Assembly: GCA_047288015.1 (NCBI GenBank)
Contig: CM103820.1
Coordinates: 150,515 to 169,356 of the forward strand
Source: Mactra antiquata
Lineage: Eukaryota
DNA: 18,842 nucleotides
Direction of reading: 5' to 3'
Shown: piece by piece, positions 9,757 to 18,842 of the stretch
How the letters are laid out: each line of letters starts with the position of its first letter
Numbering within the stretch: the stretch's first letter is position 1
Made by a program: the position numbers and the translations under genes
The notes under the pieces: generated by a model
Told to the model about the DNA's origin: nothing
Databases searched by the model: none
The model's input: the letters and a program-made list of their open reading frames with translations, nothing else

Positions 9757-10021
9757 ATTTTCTAGCTAATTGAAAGTATTTATATCTCATACTACTGTAG
9801 TACATATTATCATCTATAACAAAACATAGTTTACTATCTTTATTTACATCACATAATGTACGTGGCATTAATTCCTTGAACTTTGTCCATAAGTCTGGAG
9901 GTACATTCTCTACTGATTTATCTAAGAGTTCCAAGAGATTCCCAGACTGACATGTTTGTAATATTCCTAGAACATGGTCAATACACAACAATATACTTTC
10001 TCTATATTGTTTCCATGACGA
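9757..10021 (-). CDS. PSTK: PSTK-like exon 3 (contains Walker B FVIDDNMYY)
   Basis: Acceptor ttgtcttgtttgtttcag|TCG at phase 0. Donor AAAAT|GTGAGT at 9751-9756 (minus). Encodes SSWKQYRESILLCIDHVLG...SVENVPPDLWTKFKELMPRTLCDVNKDSKLCFVIDDNMYYSSMRYKYFQLARK, which is colinear with human ...SQWKLLRQELLKYLEYF...MSVPPNRTEAMWEDFITCL...LFLVLDDNFYYQSMRYEVYQLARK. Confidence 0.85.
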
Positions 10022-10198
10022 CTGAAACAAACAAGACAATTTATTGTAAGAATACAACTTTTTGGAAATCATGCAATAGTAAGTCAAAGCCTATGTTCAC
10101 AAATATTCATACATGAACTCGTAACTGTCTGACCTTTGTGACAAGCAGTCACAATCAAGTTTTATCAAATATTTACCAAAAATACCTCATGGAATCAT

Positions 10199-10354
10199 TT
10201 GCTTTTTGCTTTTGGGTTTAACGCCATAGCAACACATTGTATAGGTCATATCACAGTGGTCAGTCAACCTACTCACCGTTCCTGGAAAGGCAAAATCTCT
10301 GGATTTAGCTGCTAACCAGTTACTAGGCGCATAATTCCGTCAGTGATTGACAAC
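10199..10354 (-). mobile_element. Truncated SINE copy (tail plus about half the body; tRNA head missing) in PSTK intron 2
   Basis: ttttgggtttaacgccatagcaacacattgtataggtcatatcacagtggtcagtcaacctactcaccgttcctggaaaggc...cagtgattgacaac, then similarity stops. Confidence 0.8.
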
Positions 10355-11001
10355 AGTTTCTAAAAATAGGAAGATATATCATCTTAAAATGACTCTGGTG
10401 TCGTCAATTACAAATCGGAGCACCCTGCCACGTGTCAGCTTTGCGTGTCCATTGACGTATTTAGTCTAATATCTAATGGAAAGCGCAATGACGTTAAACT
10501 GGTGTTTGTACCCGGAAGTTAGAAACTATCGTAAAATCTCGGAGGTCACATGACACAACTTACATACCCTATAAAAAAACATCCCCTCAATCCGAACTTA
10601 TCATTCACCAAAGTTTTCAGCAATGTTTTGATGCAGCTAGAGGTGTTGTGAATCATAATATTTATAAACTATTTACCATAACTCAGTTCTGCTGCTAAAA
10701 GCACTGATGTTTGTCATTTGATCTAAATACGTTCATTCACAAAAAGTCTATATACAAATAGTATACATCAACAACAAGGACTTACTTCAAATTGTATTTC
10801 CTTGACTACAAGTAGTCAATAAAGTAAGTAGTGTGTTTTCTATTAATTTTGCTGAATAAGTACAACACATACAACTGATAAGAATTCTTGAATATAGGCT
10901 ATAGTTAACAAATTTTAATGAACCCGATATGAATGGAACAATGACCCCCATAACACACAGTGAGGTGAGTGAACTGTGGCAGACATACAGAGCTTTAATA
11001 C

Positions 11002-11102
11002 CTGTTGGTCCTCAGATTCAATCAGATGTTTTTCAACATCACTAGGTATCAGCTGATCGTACTCGACAATAACAAAAGCATACCGAGTTCCTGCAGAATG
11101 TC
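11002..11102 (-). CDS. PSTK: PSTK-like exon 2
   Basis: Acceptor tcttatcttttctttacag|GA. Donor CAG|GTATTA. Encodes (G)HSAGTRYAFVIVEYDQLIPSDVEKHLIESEDQQ, similar to human GWAIGVVAYDDVMPDAF. The 101-nt length is consistent with phase 1 in and phase 0 out. Confidence 0.8.
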
Positions 11103-11764
11103 CTGTAAAGAAAAGATAAGACAAACTTGTTTGTTTCATCTGCACATTAGTTATGTGATTTATAAAAATTTTCAAGAACATTTAAAATTAAACAAATTTT
11201 TCTCAATAACTAGATGTCTACGCTATGTGTGAAGGAATGCAAAATGTCTGTGAAGTGTAGTGAGCAGATCTGACATTGACTGTTATTTCTCTAGATATGA
11301 AAAATATTCTTTCTTGAGCCTGAAATGCTTAACCTTTTACTGGATGGCACATGGCTGGAAAATGTCCTCTTTTCCAGTTTAACACGGAAGGGCAATTTTA
11401 AGATGCTCTTATTTCATCACTTTTAGTGTGACAGACATGCAATTTGACCAATATGTTCCCTGGGCAATTGTCTTTCAGAAAGTTACTTGCAAAAAAATTC
11501 ATGTAACAATGGCAATGCTTGGACAGAGCAAAATGGGCAAAAATACCATTTTTGCTCTTTTCCACCCTCAACTTTGCATTTCAGAAACTTTAATTTTCCC
11601 AAAAGGATGCATAAAGTGCTAGTACTTTCAGATCCTAAACACATGCCATCCTGGCACCATTTTGGGCCAATTTCCTGCACCCAATGACCCCAATTTTTTC
11701 TCTGGCAATGAGGGGCACTGCATACCCTTCAAACTCCAGAAACAGTGGGAGGCACAACCTTTAC

Positions 11765-11843
11765 CTTGTAGTAACTTGTTGGTTAAATGTGTTTTACCAG
11801 CTGCAGGCAATCCTGACAACACTAGAAGGCAAACATCTGACAT
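11765..11843 (-). CDS. PSTK: PSTK-like exon 1 with start codon (Walker A / P-loop GLPAAGKT)
   Basis: ATG at 11843-11841 in context ataATGt. Encodes MSDVCLLVLSGLPAAGKTHLTNKLLQ, similar to human LCVLCGLPAAGKSTFARAL. Donor CAAG|GTAAAG at 11759-11764 (minus). Confidence 0.75.
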
Positions 11844-13739
11844 TATTGATACATCTTACCAACATTCTGAAAGATAGTGAAGATATGTAATAGGATATGA
11901 TTATAATACAAACATCAAGGTCAAGATACATGTAGTAGAAAGGCTTAGCTGAGCATTTACAGCATCGAATCTTGGATGTGTAATCCTTAGACAGATCTTT
12001 TCATGTCTGACTCGGGACATTTTTGCTGGCAAAAAATTGAAATTTCTATGTTGCTTGTCTGTTGTCAAGATTACGTTTCAGCTATAGACTTTGATATAAT
12101 GCTAGAACTGGCCTAGATGTTAATGAGAAGTTTATTCCACTGTCTGATAGTATATAGAAAAATGAGTTCATGAGTTATTATATCCTGGTGAATGATTTCA
12201 TGGCTGGGCCAGGTGACAATAATCTGCTAAAACAAGCAAGGAACATGTAGTCTGCAATTTTGTATAACATTATTAGCGATGAATGATTTCTTCTATGATG
12301 AAGAGTTTGTCAATTCAGAGTTTGTAACAAAGATGAGACACTATCATACATAGATGAGACACATCTATGATAGTGATAGTCATGCATTACATACCAAGTT
12401 GCATATCTATGTACTCTTTCTAACACATGCATTTAGCATGCCAACATTTTGACAATACATATATTTTATTATCATTATATGCATGTACAGTCAAAATCTT
12501 GCATGCCAGATGCCTGTGCTTTCTAATTGATGAATCAATGACTTTAACACTTTAACCAGTGTTCCAAACAGTACTACAGTATCCAAACTGGGAGCTGAAG
12601 TGTTTTTTTCCGCTGGTTATTTTATGTTTTTATAGTTGATTGTACATTTCTTTTAATGAATCACAAAGTTTTCATAGATTTAGAAATTATCAATATGATT
12701 TTTCTGACAAAGGTCATCACTAACAGTTATATCCAGATGTTATGAGATTTGGTTGTCTAATTGTTGTGTGAGGAGAGTTCTTTTTCTTACTAATTGGAAT
12801 AATTCCACATTTATCAGGATGAAATTCAGGGACCAGTTTGTTTCCATTTTGTTCAAGATAATGTCACTGCCACAGAGTCAGTCATTTTGTAATTTGATGC
12901 AGACCCCAAGTGAGTATTTTGTTAAATGTACAATTGTATCATCAGCTTGTAATAATATTGCCCTACTTATAACTGAATCAACCACGTCATTATATTGGAT
13001 TGATCAAAGAAAAACACAAGATCATTGAACAGAACCCAAGGTGAAGTCCAGACATAAAAGGAGGCCGAGTCAATAGAAAATTTATTTTCCCACAACAATA
13101 ACTTGATAAATGACAGGATCCAATAAATAATTAATTCTAAATTTCATTCATATATAGACTGTTTGTGATCTAATGTATCAAGTGTTTTACTAAAATCATT
13201 TAAATACAACTTTTAGTTTATGGTGATGATTTCTACATTTCTATTTGATTAATGAAATTCTGTTCCAGCGATTTTCGATTGCGACAACAGGATCTTAGCG
13301 CAATTGCCTATAAACAAGAAAACAAAAATTTGGAAAATCCTACTTTCGTTTTAGCAACATAAGAAATGTAAAACATTCTCAGTCTACAAGACAAACAATA
13401 AGCACGTGTCACCAGGAAACTCACATAGGGTTGGAATATTTATAATCTTAAGATGACATTTAAAGGTAAAAAATACTTAAATGCGTACGTAATAATAAAT
13501 TCCACAAAAAAATGGAAATAAATATTTACATCTTTACATCTGCGCGAACCGGAAGTAGTTCATGAAATGACAAAAACAGGTCATTTTGATTCGATGTTTT
13601 GTTATCACATGAATATTTTCCAAGTTAAATTTCTTCAAATATTTCGACACATTGTGGTTGAATTTACTATAAAATTGACAGACGTAGCCGTAAACAATTT
13701 AATTTTTCGCAAAATCATTTTTTTAATATGCAGTTTCGC

Positions 13740-14140
13740 ACTTCCCTTATGACGTCATGACATGTCTCACATGGCCGAAATCTCGAAAGGAAGTTGCACA
13801 ATAGTTGAAAACTAATAAGTGCCGCTAAATTCTCGGTTTAGACGCGTATTTTGTGAAAAAGAAGGTGTTAGATTTTGAGTTAAACATTCTAAGGGATTGA
13901 ATAAGTGCGATTTATATAAAAAATCAGGGGAAACCTTCCCGCCATACGGACCAAGAAAGGAAGGTTGACGAACTTAACGTTAGAAAATGGCTTCAAACGG
14001 CGTAGATGGCGAAACGAACGCTGATCGAAATGTAGAAATTTGGAAAATAAAGAAACTGATAAAAAGTTTGGAGGCGGCTCGTGGGTTAGTGTTCTATCGT
14101 GATTAATTCTTTCGTGTGTTTGATTCTGTGACGTAATGAT
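13740..14140 (+). promoter_or_regulatory. CpG-enriched promoter / 5' region of the eRF1 gene with palindromic CRE (ATGACGTCAT, 13749-13758), second TGACGTAA (14129-14136), MluI-like ACGCGT, strong Kozak gaaaATGG
   Basis: About 27 CpG in ~400 bp, versus roughly 1-2 per 100 bp in most of the window. Lies immediately upstream of and overlapping ETF1 exon 1. No TATA box is evident. Confidence 0.55.
13987..14084 (+). CDS. ETF1: eRF1 (eukaryotic peptide chain release factor subunit 1) exon 1
   Basis: Encodes [32 protein letters not shown](G); compare human ...[22 protein letters not shown]. Donor GG|GTTAGT, phase 2. Confidence 0.9.
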
Positions 14141-14299
14141 CTAGATATTGCTGGTGCCGGTAGGATTGGCTTGTTTTGTTGAGGTTATGCCCAATATGGA
14201 TGTTCGGATCAGGAGATATATGATATCTCCCTATTGTTTTACTTTGGGCCATATGTGTTGAATATATGTGATGTATTCCTCGTGTAATTTACACTTAAT

Positions 14300-14635
14300 T
14301 TACACTAACCCTGGACAGTTCCAACCGCCCTGTTAACACACTGATCTGTCTTTGGGGTTGGGAGTTTAATTTCTGGGCTGGACCACATTCCTTTATGGAG
14401 TTTGGTCATGAAATACTTTCTACAGCAAATTTATCTCCTACCGCTGTATCAAGTAGGGCGGTAGTGTAGTGTTGGCCAATGGCAAAGAGATGTCACTATG
14501 TGATTAGTAGTAGTACTGGTTAAATGCTTAGGTCCAGAGGTCTAGGCCTGTCCAGGGACAGTGAGTAGATCAACTGACCGCCTTAATATGACAGAAGAAT
14601 TGTCAGAAGTGCGGCATAAAGCACCATAAAAACTA
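14300..14635 (+). mobile_element. Diverged sub-family copy of the tRNA-derived SINE (plus orientation) in ETF1 intron 1
   Basis: ...cacactgatctgtctttggggttgggagtttaatttctgggc...ttggtcatgaaatactttctacagc...ctcctaccgctgtatcaagtagggcg...ggacagtgagtagatcaactgaccgccttaatatgac... Colinear with copy 4071-4386 at roughly 70% identity. Confidence 0.6.
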
Positions 14636-15169
14636 GTCCGCATATATAAGACCCGCAGTAACTCGTTTTACATTCGGATATTATTCTCATTGTATTCTGT
14701 TATAACAGGGTCTAATCTCTTATAAGTTATTAGACAAATCTTATATCTATATATAGACATAGAAACAGTTGTGTATCAAAATATTTTTGAAGAAAGTTTT
14801 AAGTTTCTATGCCATGAACAGATATACTAGCAAATACATTGTCGGTTTTACAACACACAAAATGTCATTTAAAAAGGTTATCAAGTGACTATATAATAAC
14901 TAAGTGTACAGACTTCATTTTAATTTTTATTTATCTGGAATCTAGACTTCTGTTATAGAGGTCTGTTCTCCAGACTTCCTTATGGTATGCTAACAACTTT
15001 TGATCAAAACTGACATTTTTCAAAAGCTGATTAGACAGGGATTACTATTCAAGTTGATAGACCATTGAAATTTTGAAGTTTTATCCTGTCCTCGAATTAT
15101 CCATTAAAATTGCCATCAGCCTAGTCAGTATTCACCATAATTTTTTACAAGCACTAGTCAGATTTACTA

Positions 15170-15370
15170 TATATGTTTACAGTAGTTTACAGTAATAAGC
15201 AAAATCATCAACTAGCGCTAGTATATGAATCCAAGTATATAAATTAAGAATTTTTCACTTGTTTTAATCAATTTTTACCAGTCCTGCGCTTCGGGTTAGT
15301 GGCTTAAGGCAAAGACTGGGTCCAGTGTATTTTAGAATGTCGGAGGTCTTTGAGTCCACCAATTTTTTAC
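15170..15370 (+). repeat. Unclassified interspersed repeat, copy 1 (related to 17960-18235)
   Basis: Shared blocks caaaatcatcaactagc..., ...attaaga(a/t)atttt..caattttYac....cctg..ct....tggcttaaggcaaag..., ...tcggaRgt...gtccaccaa.tttt. The match was made by eye and is imperfect. Confidence 0.4.
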
Positions 15371-15641
15371 AAACAATGCACTAGCTGCAAGTAGCTGAAC
15401 TTATTACTAACCATTACTTACTAATTAATTAATTTCAACCAATGAATAAAATGCAACCCTTTAACATACTTTTAGCTCAATAAAATTAGAAGTGACATTG
15501 GCAGTTCTAGTTTCAGCCTAATAAAAGTACCACCAACTTGGCAATGACTACTATTGTAAGATTGGTCATTTTTAATGAGTTTTATGTATTTTTTTCATAT
15601 ACCATGTAAAGTACATGTAAAAAAAAATCAATTTTGCTTAA

Positions 15642-15836
<195 letters not shown>

Positions 15837-15848
15837 TAAATTACTTCA

Positions 15849-16146
15849 TTTTTTTTTTGTTGGGTTTAACACTTTGTTTAGGTCATATCATGGCGGGGGT
15901 CAACCTACTCACCGTTCCTGGAAAGGCTAATTCTCTGGATTTAGCTGTTAACCAGTTACTAGGTGCATACTTCTGTCAGTGACTGACGACTGCCCTACAT
16001 GATTTAGAATCAGTGGTAGGAGGGAGAATGGCGGTAGAAATTATTTCATGACCAAGCTCCACGAAAGTATGCCCCATCCAGGGATCGAATCCATGACCCC
16101 TTGATCAGTAGACTTGTGCGCTACCGACTGAGCTAACCGAGCGGGC
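15849..16146 (-). mobile_element. Full-length tRNA-derived SINE (minus orientation) beginning 12 nt after the ETF1 exon-2 donor site
   Basis: ttttttttttgttgggtttaacac...ggtcatatcatggcgggggtcaacctactcaccgttcctggaaaggc...gtgcgctaccgactgagctaaccgagcgggc. Confidence 0.85.
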
Positions 16147-16627
16147 TATTTACTTTATACAGACCTGTATTCTAGTACTTAAACTTACCTCTTATTACTT
16201 ATAAAAAAACCGAAATTCTAGATTTATTATAATATGACACTATGCATAGATAAGAACTGATTAACTCTGTAGTGACAAACTGATTAACTCTGTATTGACA
16301 TGTTGTCTTGTAAATTTTTTATTTGTTATATGATGGCTAAAAACAAGTTGCATATTTGTGAAGTCAAAGTGTATCATATCAAAATGAAAGTTAATCCAAC
16401 AAAAAATAGACCAATTGCAGAGTATTAATCAATATGAGTCACTAAGTTTGCTAGTGTTTTGATTACTTAACATAGTAAGCACCTCACCCCACCCCCTTTC
16501 CCACTTTGTCAAGTTTCTGTTCTCGTCCCATTCCAAAGCAAAGAATCCTATCAAAGATTCTGAAAGCTAACCTAAATAGTGATAACAATTCATTAACAGA
16601 TAATGATGTTCATCTTTCACATAACTT

Positions 16628-17054
16628 CATTCAGTTGATTCAGTTGATTCAGTTTCATAGGTCCTAAGATGGCTAATCAGACCAGTTATTACCCTGAATA
16701 GTTAACCACATGTGGAGCATGGATGCATTAGTGCTGCCCATTCTATTGTGGCTCTGGTTAGTCTTGCTGCTCTCTTTATTTCACCTAGTTCGGGTTCTGC
16801 AGCATGGGTAGTATTGGGCACCAGTGATGTCATTAGAGTCTATCCAAAGCTGTTTCTTCCCAGGTGTTAGGATTGATGCGTAGGTTCTTCATTGAGGCTT
16901 TGAGGCTGTTTTTGCATCTCAATCTCTGTCCTCCTACAGATTTTTTGCCTTGAAAGAGTTTGCCATTGAATGGCTGTGTGGTTAGTCTGTCATTGGGATT
17001 CATAGGTTGGTGTTGATAAACTTGTACAGTGTTTGACACCAGTTTTATTGGCAC
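16628..17054 (-). mobile_element. 5'-truncated LINE fragment: C-terminal end of an ORF2-like reading frame (...RINPNTWEETALDRL*) plus 3' UTR ending in (TGAATCAAC)x3 microsatellite
   Basis: The 73-aa minus-strand ORF 16833-17054 ends with a WEExAxDR-type motif, remembered as typical of CR1/L2/RTE ORF2 C-termini. A 9-bp x3 tandem repeat at 16628-16656 sits at the presumed 3' terminus. Similarity is lost abruptly upstream of 17055. Confidence 0.35.
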
Positions 17055-17239
17055 TGACAGTATGTAACATTAAAGCAGGGCTGACAAAATCAATCGTCTG
17101 TATTGTCCGTTTTGTCCCAAGTACGGACAAGTGGATTTTCGATATTTTTATTCTATTATGTTCATATGGACAAGTAACTTTTACCAGTCAGCCAGAATGG
17201 ACAAGTAAACAATTTTAAGATTTCGCCGGCCCTGATTAA

Positions 17240-17557
<318 letters not shown>

Positions 17558-17959
17558 TGATTAGTGTTTGTTGCTATGTTTGCTATTAAATTCTTGCCCA
17601 TAAAAATCTAATCTTGTATTGTAAGTTCAGCTACTTAGGTCAGCACTCCATATGTCTGACCTAATTATTCAACTTGTATAATCCTTGCATGTTCCATTTT
17701 ACAGTACGAATATTATAGTTGCATAAATAGATAGCAAGACATTGATATTATGACCCTTAATTACTTTCTACTTTGTGTTTGACCAAGGTTATCAAATACT
17801 ATATTTGCTCTGATGGTCAAATAAAAAATCAGTACTAATTTTGTCCTATAATATAACACCAAGCACTGTACGTAGGGTTTAATAGTGCTGTTAAGATGCT
17901 GGAGAACTCATGAAAAGTGGCACTTCTCTAGTCTTTGTCTTAAATTTTTGCAGGCATAG

Positions 17960-18235
17960 GCCTGATTTATTATAGTTTCTATAGTTAAAGGTCAAATCAT
18001 CAACTAGCCCAGTTATGTGAATTAAGATATTTTGATTAGCCTGTATCAATTTTCACTTATCCTGGACTGATGGCTTTTGGATCAAGGCAAAAAATGTCTC
18101 TATTGCCTATACTAGGCTGACGCTTTATGAAATGGATAATTGTGAAGGGGTCTACACATTGGGAACACCTCGACCATTCATGTAATGAATAATCTCGGAA
18201 GTATTCATGGGGGGTCCACCAAGTGTTTTGGGTTT
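17960..18235 (+). repeat. Unclassified interspersed repeat, copy 2 (related to 15170-15370; about 70-bp extra internal segment)
   Basis: ggtcaaatcatcaactagcccagttatgtgaattaagatattttgattagcctgtatcaattttcacttatcctggactgatggcttttggatcaaggcaaaaaatg ... tctcggaagtattcatggggggtccaccaagtgtttt. Confidence 0.4.
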
Positions 18236-18842
18236 TTACTACATACGCGAGGCGAAGCACGCAACAATTTGTACTAAATAGTTCTTGTCGTAAACACACA
18301 AGGCTTGGCATAATAATATTTTTATGTTATATATTTGTCTCAACAATGGTCAGCGATCTTAATGAGTCATGTAATTTAAATCTATAGACTTAAATAAGGA
18401 CATTTATCATTGCTTAAATGATCGAGGATATAGGTAGAGTTTAAATTTTCAAATTGGACCATTCATGTTTTGTCACGTGACGCGACAATAGTTACAACAT
18501 GGCGTCTAAATATGTCCGAGGTTATTCGTAGTGAATGGCCGAGGAGTTCCGAATGGGGGTCAACAATCTTTATAATAGTACCTCTGACACATGACATTAC
18601 CTACATTATCTTTTAAAGGGAGACAACTTGAGCTTATTGAAAGATATTTTGAAGACAAAGTATAAAGTGAAAGAAGTTTTTAAAATCGACTGCCTAATAT
18701 AGGACATTTTCATAATTACAGTCAATATTTGCTCATGAATATTAATTAGATGGGCATGGCTATTTTCATATGAGTTTTATTATGTCTAATTTTCTAGGAC
18801 TATAGTGACATTTAATTGAAAAAGTAAATAAATAAATAATAG

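Noticed and set aside
9883-10116. 77-aa plus-strand ORF
   Set aside because: It is antisense to the well-supported PSTK exon 3.
11428-11890. Cluster of overlapping ORFs on both strands
   Set aside because: Only the first 79 nt of the minus ORF 11628-11843 (PSTK exon 1) is supported. The rest is PSTK intron 1 read-through. The plus-strand ORFs are antisense, with no splice or homology support.
12330-12385. Imperfect inverted repeat cactatcatacatagatg ... catctatgatagtg with duplicated gatgagacac
   Set aside because: It is short, single-copy and AT-rich, and could be chance. It is too weak to call a MITE or regulatory palindrome.
12753-13028. 91-aa plus-strand ORF in the PSTK-ETF1 intergenic region
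   Set aside because: Low-complexity AT-rich frame with no recognisable domain and no splice or promoter context. Probably a chance ORF.
16440-16520. C-rich stretch cacctcaccccaccccctttcccac
   Set aside because: Simple low-complexity polypyrimidine run. Nothing supports a functional assignment.

Overview
This window is eukaryotic, not prokaryotic: AT-rich invertebrate-like genomic DNA with spliced genes, tandem satellites and many tRNA-derived retroposons. The organism cannot be determined from the sequence.

Two protein-coding genes lie head to head about 2.1 kb apart.
- Minus strand, roughly 11843 down to 5619: a complete 6-exon gene encoding phosphoseryl-tRNA(Sec) kinase (PSTK-like). It has the Walker A motif GLPAAGKT and the Walker B motif FVIDDNMYY. 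All five introns have GT...AG boundaries with pyrimidine tracts and consistent phases. The spliced CDS is 1020 nt (339 aa).
- Plus strand from 13987: the first three exons of eukaryotic release factor 1 (eRF1/ETF1). The encoded 138 aa are nearly identical to the human N-terminus. The gene runs off the window end, and a CpG-enriched promoter with a palindromic CRE lies upstream.

The introns are packed with a ~310-bp SINE family that has a tRNA-Lys-like head and is followed by a conserved 3' tail. At least seven copies or sub-family variants are present, several with target-site duplications. Other retroposon-like elements are a second tRNA-like SINE with a 12-bp TSD, a tRNA-Ser-like element, a two-copy unclassified repeat, and a 5'-truncated LINE 3' end.

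The left 3.2 kb holds a 95-bp satellite with about 24.5 monomers, part of it organised as a 190-bp higher-order repeat. Next to it are a MITE-like element (25-bp TIRs, TA TSD) and a 57-bp minisatellite whose phase produces a spurious 137-aa ORF.

There are no CRISPR arrays, operons or intact tRNA or rRNA genes. The most notable observation is the divergent linkage of a Sec-pathway kinase gene with the UGA-reading release factor gene.
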